Assembly (NCBI GenBank): GCA_965215275.1
Contig: OZ244044.1
Coordinates: forward strand, 896,001-960,000
Source of the DNA: Thermodesulfobacteriota bacterium
GTDB lineage: Bacteria > Desulfobacterota_D > UBA1144 > Nemesobacterales > JAJCZQ01
Direction of reading: 5' to 3'
Length of the DNA: 64,000 nt
The position numbers and the translations under genes are program-made. Positions within the stretch are counted from its first letter, which is position 1. The number at the start of each line of letters is the position of its first letter. The notes under the pieces are model-generated. The model was not told where the DNA came from and made no database searches. It worked only from the letters and a program-made list of their open reading frames with translations. Below are positions 38,783 through 47,941 of this stretch, in pieces.

Positions 38783-40512
38783 AAGAAGAGAACAGTAAAA
38801 TCATTGGCCCCTTCTTAGGACCTCGCGGAAAGACGGGGGTAGAAATCTTTATAGCTCTCCCGGAACACCAAATAACAAACCTAACTTGCAAGATTTTTGA
38901 AAGTAATAATAAAAACAATGAGATTAAATCTTACAACTCTCAAATTGATGAGGGTGATATTTACAGACTTTTTAGTTTTACATTTGAAGGGCTAAATGAC
39001 AATAAAACTTATACTTATGAGTTTTTTTCAAATGATAAACCTCTCCCTCTTGAAGGTGGTCTAACTAGGGAAGATTGTAATTTTAGGGTTCTTGGAGAAA
39101 ACAGTGAGGAAAAATCATTTATATTGATGAGTTGCCATAATCCTTTTGAAGAAGAGAAAGGAAGTGCTGATGACGGCTGGGCAGTTTGGAGGGAACTCTC
39201 TAACTATTTGAAGAAAGATAAGAATGTTCGGCTTTTGGTTTTAGCGGGCGATCAAGTTTATAATGATGATTTTGAAAAAAAATCGCTTGAAAAGTTAAAA
39301 AAACCAGATGAATCAATTGAGATAGAATTAAAGAAGAGATTCATTAGTCAGTATCAAAAATATTGGGGCAATATAAGCTATAGAAAGGTTTTATCTTCTA
39401 CCTTAAGTGTGGCTATGTGGGATGATCATGATATAACAGACGGCTGGGGAAGCCGTCCCGAATCTTTTTGTTCTAAAGAAGATACTGGTTTCAAAAAGAA
39501 TTGGTGGAAGTTTTTTGAAATCGCCAGTGACGTTTTTAAAACTTATCAAGCTTCCAGAAACCAAAAACCAGTTCATAAATTTTCTTCTTTTTTAGAGTGG
39601 GGTGATAAGAAATTTGTATTAGCTGATTTTCGCTCTGAAAGAAACTCAAAAAAGAACCAGCTTTGGACAGATGTTCATAAAAATAAAGTCTTATCAGAGT
39701 TAAAAGAAACGCCTGAGGAAATAAAACAAGTATTTTTTGTTAGCCCCGTTATTGCCTTAAGAATCAATTTTTCTGATGATAGGAGAATAAGTGCGTTTTC
39801 TAAATCTCTATTTAGATTAAGAAGGTATATTGAAAAAAATAAACCTTGGTACATAATTCAAAACTGGAAATGTTCCTTTTTAATATCTGCCATATTCTTT
39901 CTGAGTCCATTGATAGTCTCAGTTCTCAACTGCTCCTTATGCGACAAATTACCTATTGAAGTTTTTTCGATTCTTTACTTACTTATTGTTGTAGCGTTCC
40001 CTATAATTGGTTCTGTACTATTCATATGGACTATAATCTCAAGATTTCCAGCTTTAATGACAAAAATTCCACACTTACCAGACTTAAGTGATGATATGGA
40101 AGACGGGTTAAGTTCCTCTTCTAACATAAAATCCTTAAAAGAAATTATGGACTGTCTAACAAATTTAGCGAGGAAAGGAAAAGAAGTTTATATTTTGAGT
40201 GGAGATATTCATATTGGAGGTTTAACTGAAATTATCGACACTAGAGAGGAACCAAAAATACAAATGTTACAAATAGTATCTTCTCCAATATCCAACAATC
40301 CTATGCAAAAACCTGTTGCAGGATTTACAACTACAACCTCAGAAATGGTTCTAAGAGAATGCAGCGACGAAAAAAGGCTGTTTGCTAGAAATATCTTTTA
40401 TAATTCAAAAAGAAATTTTGCTCAAATTTTTCCTGACAGAAAAGAGGGAACTATTGCTTTCCACTTTGAAGGACATCAATTTCCTACAGTTTTTCCTAAA
40501 AAGTTTAGTTAA
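38770..40512 (+). CDS. PhoD-like metallophosphoesterase with an internal 2-TM insert
   Basis: SCH, GDQVYND, WDDHDITDGWGS, D.RSER and SGDIH; two hydrophobic helices around residues 370-425; no signal peptide. Confidence 0.8.
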   Translation: MPTMKEENSKIIGPFLGPRGKTGVEIFIALPEHQITNLTCKIFESNNKNNEIKSYNSQIDEGDIYRLFSFTFEGLNDNKTYTYEFFSNDKPLPLEGGLTREDCNFRVLGENSEEKSFILMSCHNPFEEEKGSADDGWAVWRELSNYLKKDKNVRLLVLAGDQVYNDDFEKKSLEKLKKPDESIEIELKKRFISQYQKYWGNISYRKVLSSTLSVAMWDDHDITDGWGSRPESFCSKEDTGFKKNWWKFFEIASDVFKTYQASRNQKPVHKFSSFLEWGDKKFVLADFRSERNSKKNQLWTDVHKNKVLSELKETPEEIKQVFFVSPVIALRINFSDDRRISAFSKSLFRLRRYIEKNKPWYIIQNWKCSFLISAIFFLSPLIVSVLNCSLCDKLPIEVFSILYLLIVVAFPIIGSVLFIWTIISRFPALMTKIPHLPDLSDDMEDGLSSSSNIKSLKEIMDCLTNLARKGKEVYILSGDIHIGGLTEIIDTREEPKIQMLQIVSSPISNNPMQKPVAGFTTTTSEMVLRECSDEKRLFARNIFYNSKRNFAQIFPDRKEGTIAFHFEGHQFPTVFPKKFS

Positions 40513-41000
40513 TTAAGAAACAACTTTACGGTTTTCTTTAATAGAATTGATGATAGTTTAAGAAGTCTTCATTGTTTTGAGTGGAACGCGTTTAAGTATA
40601 GAAAACTTTTTAAACGGCTTATTTATATCACGAAAATTTCCTTGATAAAGATAGTCCTTGCGATGAGTAAGTGGAGTCCAATCCGTTTCTTGGAAAGTTT
40701 CATATATCCGATAAACTTCCTGAATCCTTTCCTCATATAAATACTGAATTTCTTGCTTATTATTACCCTTTATGATTAGCTCCTTGAACTACTTACTTTA
40801 TTACACTATATCAACCTGAAAATCTCATCACTTAAATTTTGGACTTATATACTTAATTTTCCATTCTAATCAGGTATAATTGTATGTTATAAATAAAATT
40901 ATTAGCGAATTTAAGTCTCTGTAGAAGTTTAACATGTAAGATAAAGCAGTTAAATATAGTTAATGCAGTAAACTTTTCGTAAAACAAAAAGGAGGAACTT

Positions 41001-41657
41001 ATGTCGGACGACTCAATTAGTTTTAGTTTAAATAATGTGTCGATCGTGATATTAGCAAATGCGCATAACCCTACAATACTCAATCCTGACTTCCTGAAGA
41101 ACCATAAAATAGCAGAAAATGAATGGGAAATAGATGATAAAAAATTCCCCTTCTTGTCATCTCCCAGCCTTGCACTAATATCCTTTACGAATGGTGTTCA
41201 TTGGCAGGTTGACCTAAATAATCTTACAATTCGGGAAGATGTGGATGGTGATTTTAAGGAATCATATATTATTCATAAGTGTACAGAAAAATATATTAAA
41301 GTGCTTGAACGCGTGCCCTACACCGCCCTCGGTTTGAATTGGCATTTTTACATTAAGTTAAAGGAAGAAAAATTATTAAATTGGATGAGAAAACAGTTTC
41401 TAAAAGAAGGTGAATGGAAGAACACGATAGAACCATCAAGTTTTGCATTCAAAATCCCACCAGCTTGGACATTAACATTGTTCAGTGTAAAAACAGAAAA
41501 AGAACTAAAACTTAGACTAGATTGTAATTATCATACCGATATAGCTTCTGATAATAACAAAGCAAGAAAAATATGTTCAGTTCTTGAAGGTTTTAGTGGT
41601 TATCAAAAATCCCTGAAACAGATTCTGAAAAAATACTTTGAGGAAAAACTATCATGA
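41001..41657 (+). CDS. TIGR04255-like protein
   Basis: SIVILANAHNPTILNPDFL, PYTALGLN and LDCNYHTD pattern; AGGAGG RBS. Confidence 0.55.
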   Translation: MSDDSISFSLNNVSIVILANAHNPTILNPDFLKNHKIAENEWEIDDKKFPFLSSPSLALISFTNGVHWQVDLNNLTIREDVDGDFKESYIIHKCTEKYIKVLERVPYTALGLNWHFYIKLKEEKLLNWMRKQFLKEGEWKNTIEPSSFAFKIPPAWTLTLFSVKTEKELKLRLDCNYHTDIASDNNKARKICSVLEGFSGYQKSLKQILKKYFEEKLS

Positions 41658-42613
41658 TCTCAAGGAATCAAGTCGGCTATACAGACCCACCCTTTACGCA
41701 TTTAAAACAAACCAACTGCACACAGATGGAGGTAGTTAAAAACCGCGGTTCAGAGTCCACACAAAGTACTTATGTTGGTGCTAATGTAGAATGTTTCATG
41801 GAGGTAGTTAAAAACCGCGGTTCAGAGTCCACACAAAGTACTTATGTTGGTGCTAATGTAGAATGTTTCATGGAGGTAGTTAAAAACCGCGGTTCAGAGT
41901 CCACACCCTATATTTATCCACATCACATCAACTGGATAAATATAGATACTCCGTTTGTATCGTTTGTACCCACTATGGGTTTAGACATTTTATCGAACTA
42001 TTTTCATTATAAAGATAGCTTTGATATAAATGAAGATCAGGTCTTACTCTGTTTAGACATTTTATCGAACTATTTTTATTATAAAGATAGCTTTACACAC
42101 CGTAGTAGTAAAATTCAGCACGACTCGGAAGTAAGTGAACCTTTCTCTGAAACTGAAAAAATAAATATAAGAAAAGACACATTACTTGAAATAAGAAAGG
42201 ACAATCAAACTGATAGCATTGAAGAAATAATTGAACATATTGATCGGCTGGGGTATCCAGAATGCTCTGAAAGAATTGATTTTCTGAACAACACTGATAA
42301 TATAGAAGAAGGAGAATTACCACTTTCTCTGGAATCCGCAAAGGGATTTTTACTTTTTTTCACCCAGTTCAACGTCTTGGGTGAACCTGTTCTGGGGCTT
42401 TTTCCAAAAGGAACATTGTCAGTGGGATGGCGTCTTGCGGACAACAAACATTTATTAGTAGAACCGCTGGACAGCCAAAATGCATCTTTTGCTCTAATAG
42501 GACCATCTTATAACAACCCAAATGAAAAATTTCGCCTCAACGGAAGAGGAAAAATTCCAGAAGTTATCAAGACCCTGAGAAAGCAAGGCGTAGACCAATG
42601 GAGAAATAGTTGA
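41654..42613 (+). CDS. Hypothetical protein with repetitive N-terminus and conserved-looking C-terminal domain (candidate antitoxin)
   Basis: ATGA overlap with the upstream gene; C-terminal ESAKGFL..F..P.LGL.P.G.LSVGW. Confidence 0.65.
   Translation: MISRNQVGYTDPPFTHLKQTNCTQMEVVKNRGSESTQSTYVGANVECFMEVVKNRGSESTQSTYVGANVECFMEVVKNRGSESTPYIYPHHINWINIDTPFVSFVPTMGLDILSNYFHYKDSFDINEDQVLLCLDILSNYFYYKDSFTHRSSKIQHDSEVSEPFSETEKINIRKDTLLEIRKDNQTDSIEEIIEHIDRLGYPECSERIDFLNNTDNIEEGELPLSLESAKGFLLFFTQFNVLGEPVLGLFPKGTLSVGWRLADNKHLLVEPLDSQNASFALIGPSYNNPNEKFRLNGRGKIPEVIKTLRKQGVDQWRNS
41726..41905 (+). repeat. 2.5 x 72-bp in-frame tandem repeat
   Basis: Units start at 41726, 41798 and 41870 (MEVVKNRGSESTQSTYVGANVECF). 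Confidence 0.95.
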
Positions 42614-43020
42614 GTTGCAAGGATATTCCTAATCACCATCATGTTTTGCGATATTGCAGCCCAAACAAAGTCCAAAAAAATGGGAAGATTGCCGAATCCG
42701 CCTTCTACCTTAGTCCAGATAATGATTATCTTTCCGTTAACTGGCTAGAGCACTTTAAGGTCGAATCAATCAATGAGCAAGTACAAGAAATCCGCAACAC
42801 AGTTAATAAAAAACTCAAACTCAAAAAAAATGGACGGTTTGCCAAACTGAACGTTGGCGAGATAAAAAACAAAATTAATGGATCAAGAGTTAAGCACATT
42901 CCGGAACGCAACGACCCTTCCCATTCCGGCATTTATGTCCACGGCGAGCAAAACAATGAAATTACACTGGAACTGGCTCACATAATAGTGCCCGATAAAG
43001 ACATCTTTGAGGCAATATAA
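42610..43020 (+). CDS. Putative ADP-ribosyltransferase/RES-like toxin
   Basis: VLRYC (R), SAF, LSVNW (S) and DPSHSGI; 136 aa; overlaps the upstream stop. Confidence 0.55.
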   Translation: MSCKDIPNHHHVLRYCSPNKVQKNGKIAESAFYLSPDNDYLSVNWLEHFKVESINEQVQEIRNTVNKKLKLKKNGRFAKLNVGEIKNKINGSRVKHIPERNDPSHSGIYVHGEQNNEITLELAHIIVPDKDIFEAI

Positions 43021-43140
43021 CTGTCAGTATCTTCCTCAATTTCTCAGGGAATTATATACTTAATTACACAAAAACTGAGCAAAAACCTAAAGTGTAAAAC
43101 CATAATAATTAAAATCCCACCCAAAATAAAATAATTTTCA

Positions 43141-43560
43141 TTAGTAATGAGTGTATTTTATTGCTACTAAATTCAATATATTTTCTGTTATAAAGAAAAA
43201 TACTCTGTCTGATCTTCCCATTATAAACTCATATAATTCAATATCATCGGGAAACCTTCTATATAGTTTGGAGTATTGACCTCTATTACTTATTGACTTA
43301 ATTGTGAAACCTAATCTTTTTAGAAAGGAAACTTCCTGACCTTGCTTATAAAATTTTCCATTTATTGATTGTAACTTCTTAATTATTTTTTCTTTTTTGT
43401 TTATATGAAACTTCTCTAATTCACTTTCTCTTTTATTATAATAATCTTTACTAACCTCCCACTTTTTATCTTGATTCCCTTTCTCAAAAGAACCAATATT
43501 TATATGAACATTGTTTAATGCATCTTTTGTTATGTTTTCTTTATATCTTTTTCTGCCGAT
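43141..43560 (-). CDS. Putative RelE-like toxin with a non-canonical (ATC) or lost start; absent from the ORF track
   Basis: Open 140-codon frame IGRKRYKENIT...YSKLYRRFPDDIELYEFIMGRSDRVFFFITENILNLVAIKYTHY* overlapping the antitoxin 3' end. Confidence 0.6.
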   Translation of the reverse strand: MGRKRYKENITKDALNNVHINIGSFEKGNQDKKWEVSKDYYNKRESELEKFHINKKEKIIKKLQSINGKFYKQGQEVSFLKRLGFTIKSISNRGQYSKLYRRFPDDIELYEFIMGRSDRVFFFITENILNLVAIKYTHY

Positions 43561-44039
43561 TTCTCTGCTTCCTTTAACTTTTCTCCGTAATACTTTTTCA
43601 TAGAACTTGCAGTTAAATTTACTTTGCTAAACTCATTAACATTAAGTCCGTCTCTGGCATCCTGCCAAGGTCTTTCATAATGAGTAAGTCTTTCCAAATA
43701 TCTTGCGTCAAAACCACCGTATTTATCCCAAACAACATCAAGTAATTCTTTAGTCTTTTCAGAAAAACTAAAATCATCTGGTATATCTACATCTATTTTT
43801 TCAAATCCGAATTTTTTATATTTTTTCCACAAACTATGGACAGCAGGGCCGTGTATCCACGCTTCTATAGGATCTTTAAACAATCGCTTATTATTAAATA
43901 CCAAGTGCCATGCTTGAGCATAGTAAACTAACTTTTGCAATTTCAAGTTAGTCATAGTTTTGTTATCTTTGTTAGACAGGTATATAAAATATCTTGCTAC
44001 CTCATATAAACTTTGAGATAACTTTTTATATTTAGCCAT
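43530..44039 (-). CDS. Panacea-domain (DUF4065/SocA) antitoxin
   Basis: TNLKLQKLVYYAQAW, IEAWIHGP and LERLTH.ERPW. Confidence 0.92.
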   Translation of the reverse strand: MAKYKKLSQSLYEVARYFIYLSNKDNKTMTNLKLQKLVYYAQAWHLVFNNKRLFKDPIEAWIHGPAVHSLWKKYKKFGFEKIDVDIPDDFSFSEKTKELLDVVWDKYGGFDARYLERLTHYERPWQDARDGLNVNEFSKVNLTASSMKKYYGEKLKEAEKSAEKDIKKT

Positions 44040-44483
44040 TAATATCTCCTATAAAATAATCTTATAATATGATGACGATTATTTAGACTGTTACAAAAAC
44101 ACATTCTTTATATTCTATTACAATAATAGCAACTACTAATCTCCTATGTCAAATCCTCGTTAAGTAATGAAAGAGAATAAAATAACAAAGCAAAATAAAA
44201 TCGGATTTTATAAATTTAGAATAGTTATCTCAATTACTAAAATATATTATCTCCTTATATTAAAATACAAACCAACTACTAATACCTAAACATATATTCA
44301 TAGGTCCTGCCCCCGTTTTCAATGTGCTTTTTTGTTGAGCTATGTTATCATATTACCTTCTGAATAATTTAATACATTTTTGGCACCAAAGTATATATTT
44401 CCCCTTTTTTAAAGTTGAGTGGTGTTTGTAATTAAGCAGATATAGTTCATTAAAACACACAAATTCAAAGGAGGAACAACGGC

Positions 44484-45884
44484 ATGTTAAATCCAACTAC
44501 CGTATTACTGATAATCACCGTAATTATGCTCTTTGCAATTTTAATTACGGTCTGGAGGAAACCTGGACTTCAGACCGGAAAGGACAACGTGGGTGAAGTC
44601 GTCAGAGGAGAGATGTCCGTCAGCCGGCAGGAAGCCTCGGAAGATTCAAAAAGGCTCAGACAGGAAGTAACGGACATGCATAAATCATCTATGGACAGCG
44701 TTATCAAGACAATAAATGAAACAGGCAGAGTACAAACGGCAAACTCCACAGAACGACTGACCGCAGTGGAAAATCGGGTCAAGTCACTGACGGACAGCGT
44801 TATTAAGACAATAAATGAAACGGGCAGAGCACAAACGGCAAACTCCACAGAACGACTGACCGCAGTGGAAAATCGGGTCAAGTCACTGACGGATTCCAAT
44901 GAAACCCGCCTGAACAAGCTAAGGGAAACCGTTGAAGCTCAGATGAACAACCTGCTTACAAACAATGAGAAAAAACTGGATCAGATGAGACAAACGGTGG
45001 ATGAAAAACTGCAGAGCACGCTGGAAAGACGACTTGGTGAATCCTTTAAGCTGGTAAGTGAGCGTCTTGAGGCCGTCCAGAGAGGTTTGGGAGACATGCA
45101 GAACCTGGCTACCGGTGTAGGGGATCTCAAACGAATGATGACCAATGTAAAAACTCGCGGTACCTGGGGAGAATACCAGCTTGGAGCTATACTGGAGCAG
45201 ATACTGACAAGCGATCAGTTTGAACAGAAAGTGCAAATCAAAAAAAACTCCCAAGAACAAGTGGAGTACGCCATACGGTTACCGGGAAATGACGATGCTG
45301 AAGATGTCTGGCTGCCGATAGATGCCAAGTTCCCTCTAGAAGACTACCAGAGATTGCTGGATGCAGTGGAATCAGCTGATAAGAACGCCGTTCAGGAATC
45401 GACCAAATCGCTTATAAAAAGTATAAAAAAATCTGCAAAGGACATTGAGAGTAAATATATAGAACCACCTCGTACAACCGACTTTGCCATCATGTTCCTG
45501 CCAACGGAAGGACTGTATTCGGAGGTACTGAGACAGGCGGGAGTAGTAGAAGAACTGCAGCATAAATACAGAGTGACCATAGCAGGTCCCACCACGCTTG
45601 CCGCTATACTTAACAGCTTAAGGATGGGCTTTAGGACATTGGCCATTGAAAAACGCTCAAGCGAGGTCTGGGAAACCCTTTCAGCAGTAAAGACCGAATT
45701 CGGGAAATTCGGAGGAATGCTGGAAAAAGCCAAGAAACAACTTGAGACAGCGTCCGGTACAATAGATGAAATATACGGCACTCGTACAAGAGCAATAAAC
45801 AGAAAACTCAAGGACGTGGAAAAACTGACGGTCGAGGAATCGGAAAAAGTACTTTATATAAAAAACATATCAGAAGAGGAATAA
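44484..45884 (+). CDS. rmuC: DNA recombination protein RmuC
   Basis: N-terminal TM, NVKTRGTWGE, LPIDAKFP, TTDFAIMFLPTEGLY and GPTTL. Confidence 0.95.
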   Translation: MLNPTTVLLIITVIMLFAILITVWRKPGLQTGKDNVGEVVRGEMSVSRQEASEDSKRLRQEVTDMHKSSMDSVIKTINETGRVQTANSTERLTAVENRVKSLTDSVIKTINETGRAQTANSTERLTAVENRVKSLTDSNETRLNKLRETVEAQMNNLLTNNEKKLDQMRQTVDEKLQSTLERRLGESFKLVSERLEAVQRGLGDMQNLATGVGDLKRMMTNVKTRGTWGEYQLGAILEQILTSDQFEQKVQIKKNSQEQVEYAIRLPGNDDAEDVWLPIDAKFPLEDYQRLLDAVESADKNAVQESTKSLIKSIKKSAKDIESKYIEPPRTTDFAIMFLPTEGLYSEVLRQAGVVEELQHKYRVTIAGPTTLAAILNSLRMGFRTLAIEKRSSEVWETLSAVKTEFGKFGGMLEKAKKQLETASGTIDEIYGTRTRAINRKLKDVEKLTVEESEKVLYIKNISEEE

Positions 45885-46228
45885 GTAAAAACAGTAGTAA
45901 AATGTTACATGTAATACACTGAAAAGCCTGTTCAAACATTTTTTATAGTTTAACGAATGTTATGAGTTTTGTGTTTCTTGCAGGAGCTTTTTGTTTGCTC
46001 CTGCAAGCCAAGTATTAGCAAACCTTATTTTCCCTTATCAACATAGAGTCAAGGTTTACAGGGGTGATTTTGCCCTTGTTTCAGTCATTGGACTTGTGGT
46101 GTGGTGCCAGCTTTGGAACTTCATCTATCATCAATTTCACCAGATTAGCTGTATATCAGAGGTTAATTCTGGATTTTTATAATAAAGGTACTTGACCTCT
46201 TAAAATTCGAACCTATTTTGTTTATATA

Positions 46229-46651
46229 GTGAACATGACGGAGCAACAATACTTAGAAAACAGATTAGAAGACCAAATTGAATGGTACTCCCAAAAAAGT
46301 TCAAGATGCAAGCATTTATTTTGGGCTTTACGAGGTATAGAAATTGCTATAGCAGCACTAATACCCGCTCTATTCCATTTTGAATTGATAAAAGGCTATA
46401 TTCCATTATTAGGAGCAATTGTCGTAATTCTAATAGGACTTTTGAGCTTGTTTAAACTTCAGGAAAATTGGTTCTTATATAGAACAACAAGTGAAGAGTT
46501 AAAACACCATAAGTATTTATACATGACAAATACAGAACCATACTCCACAGAAGATAATTTTTCTATGCTTGTAGAGAATGTAGAATCCCTTATTTCTAAA
46601 GAAAATAGTTTATGGAAACAAAAACAATCATCTACCAATAAGGAGGTTTAA
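46229..46651 (+). CDS. SLATT-family 2-TM effector (DUF4231)
   Basis: YLENRLEDQIEWYSQKS, two TM helices, W..YRTTSEELK and VENVE.LIS.EN..W. Confidence 0.88.
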   Translation: MNMTEQQYLENRLEDQIEWYSQKSSRCKHLFWALRGIEIAIAALIPALFHFELIKGYIPLLGAIVVILIGLLSLFKLQENWFLYRTTSEELKHHKYLYMTNTEPYSTEDNFSMLVENVESLISKENSLWKQKQSSTNKEV

Positions 46652-47124
46652 TGATGAAAAAGAAAATATTTATAGGCTACGATTATGATAACGATAAACA
46701 ATACAAAAACATGCTATTGGCATGGGATAAAAATCAAAGTTTTGATTTTGATTTTACGGATAAGTCAGCAGATACTTCGATTAAAAGTAATGATACTGCA
46801 ACTATCAAAAGGGCTATTTCCGCGAAAATTAACCAATCAGACATTTTCTTATGTCTTGTAGGAAAAGTTACTCGTAATTCTGGATGGGTAAAATGGGAAA
46901 TAGAAAAAGCTGTAGAACTAAATAAAACAATTGTAGCTGTAAAAATAGAAAAGGAATATGAAACTCCCGAAGAGTTGAAAAACGTAGGTGCTACCTGGGC
47001 AATGAGTTTTAATTTCGAAGCTATTAAAAAAGCAGTTGATGAATGTCAAAGTCCACATCTCAACATCACTACGGGAGCGGGAGCTAATGCCAGCGTTAAA
47101 CCTTCTCCTCCATGGAGTTCATAG
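46651..47124 (+). CDS. TIR-domain protein (DUF1863/ThsB-like) with an extra C-terminal tail
   Basis: IFIGYDYD, CLVG..T..S.WVKWEI (catalytic Glu); tail TTGAGANASVKPSPPWSS. Confidence 0.88.
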   Translation: MMKKKIFIGYDYDNDKQYKNMLLAWDKNQSFDFDFTDKSADTSIKSNDTATIKRAISAKINQSDIFLCLVGKVTRNSGWVKWEIEKAVELNKTIVAVKIEKEYETPEELKNVGATWAMSFNFEAIKKAVDECQSPHLNITTGAGANASVKPSPPWSS

Positions 47125-47811
47125 ATTACTTTCGTAAATATAGCACAAGAAGATATCAAGTTAATCAAAGATACTCAACCTGACTTGGTTTATGATGCTG
47201 AATCAAAGATTCTATCAGGTCGTTTAGCTTTCGAGGCGAATTTTAAAGGAAGAGAAATATCGGATGAATACAAGATAGAAATTGATTTGAATCGTGTAAA
47301 CCCTCTTCCTTTAGTAAAAGAGGTTGGTGGAAAAATTGAAAGATTATCCACTAAAAAAAACAAGAACCTAGAAGATCTTCATACCAATAAAGGAGATATG
47401 AATGACGGCCTGTGCTTGTGTTCTCGTCTGAAGTCTTTTGAGTGCTGTGATCAGTTTAAAAATAGCCTCAACCCTCTTTTTGATTTTATTAAAGAATTAG
47501 TTATTCCGTTTTTTTATGGGATATCCTATTTTGAAAAATTTAATGAATTCCCTTTTGGTGAACTTTCTCACGGAGAAGAGGGCTTGCTTCAGGATATAGA
47601 GGGAAATCTAAGCCTTTACAGGTATTTAGAGCCCTATGCTAAAACCTATCCAGATGAATACAAGGTGTTTCGTTTTGCTTATTCTAATATGCTTTTTAAA
47701 AAAGGTTTTTTTAAAAGGAAGATAGGAAGAAATGAAATGTGCCCATGCAACAGTGGACAAAAATATAAAAAATGCCACCGAGACATTATAGATATAATAA
47801 AGAGGCATTAA
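47125..47811 (+). CDS. Prokaryotic E2 (ubiquitin-conjugating-like) protein with C-terminal SEC-C Zn motif
   Basis: YKIEIDL, LP.VKEVGGKI, HTN..DGLCLC (catalytic Cys region), PFFY, PFGELSHG.EG and GRNEMCPCNSGQKYKKCH. The frame is open from 47125, 20 codons upstream of the called TTG. Confidence 0.75.
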   Translation: MTFVNIAQEDIKLIKDTQPDLVYDAESKILSGRLAFEANFKGREISDEYKIEIDLNRVNPLPLVKEVGGKIERLSTKKNKNLEDLHTNKGDMNDGLCLCSRLKSFECCDQFKNSLNPLFDFIKELVIPFFYGISYFEKFNEFPFGELSHGEEGLLQDIEGNLSLYRYLEPYAKTYPDEYKVFRFAYSNMLFKKGFFKRKIGRNEMCPCNSGQKYKKCHRDIIDIIKRH

Positions 47812-47941
47812 CAAAATAGTTTATCAAACAATCTTTACAATTCCCTAAATAATCATATAGTTTATTTGTTTTTAATTCGGTAGTATTGTAGGCTGTTTTA
47901 ATAAACGATCTTTATTTTATTATTTTGATAGATAGAGATAC

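Noticed and set aside
46229..47811. Canonical CBASS or Thoeris type I/II
   Set aside because: No CD-NTase and no SIR2-SLOG or Macro ThsA; reported instead as a distinct architecture.
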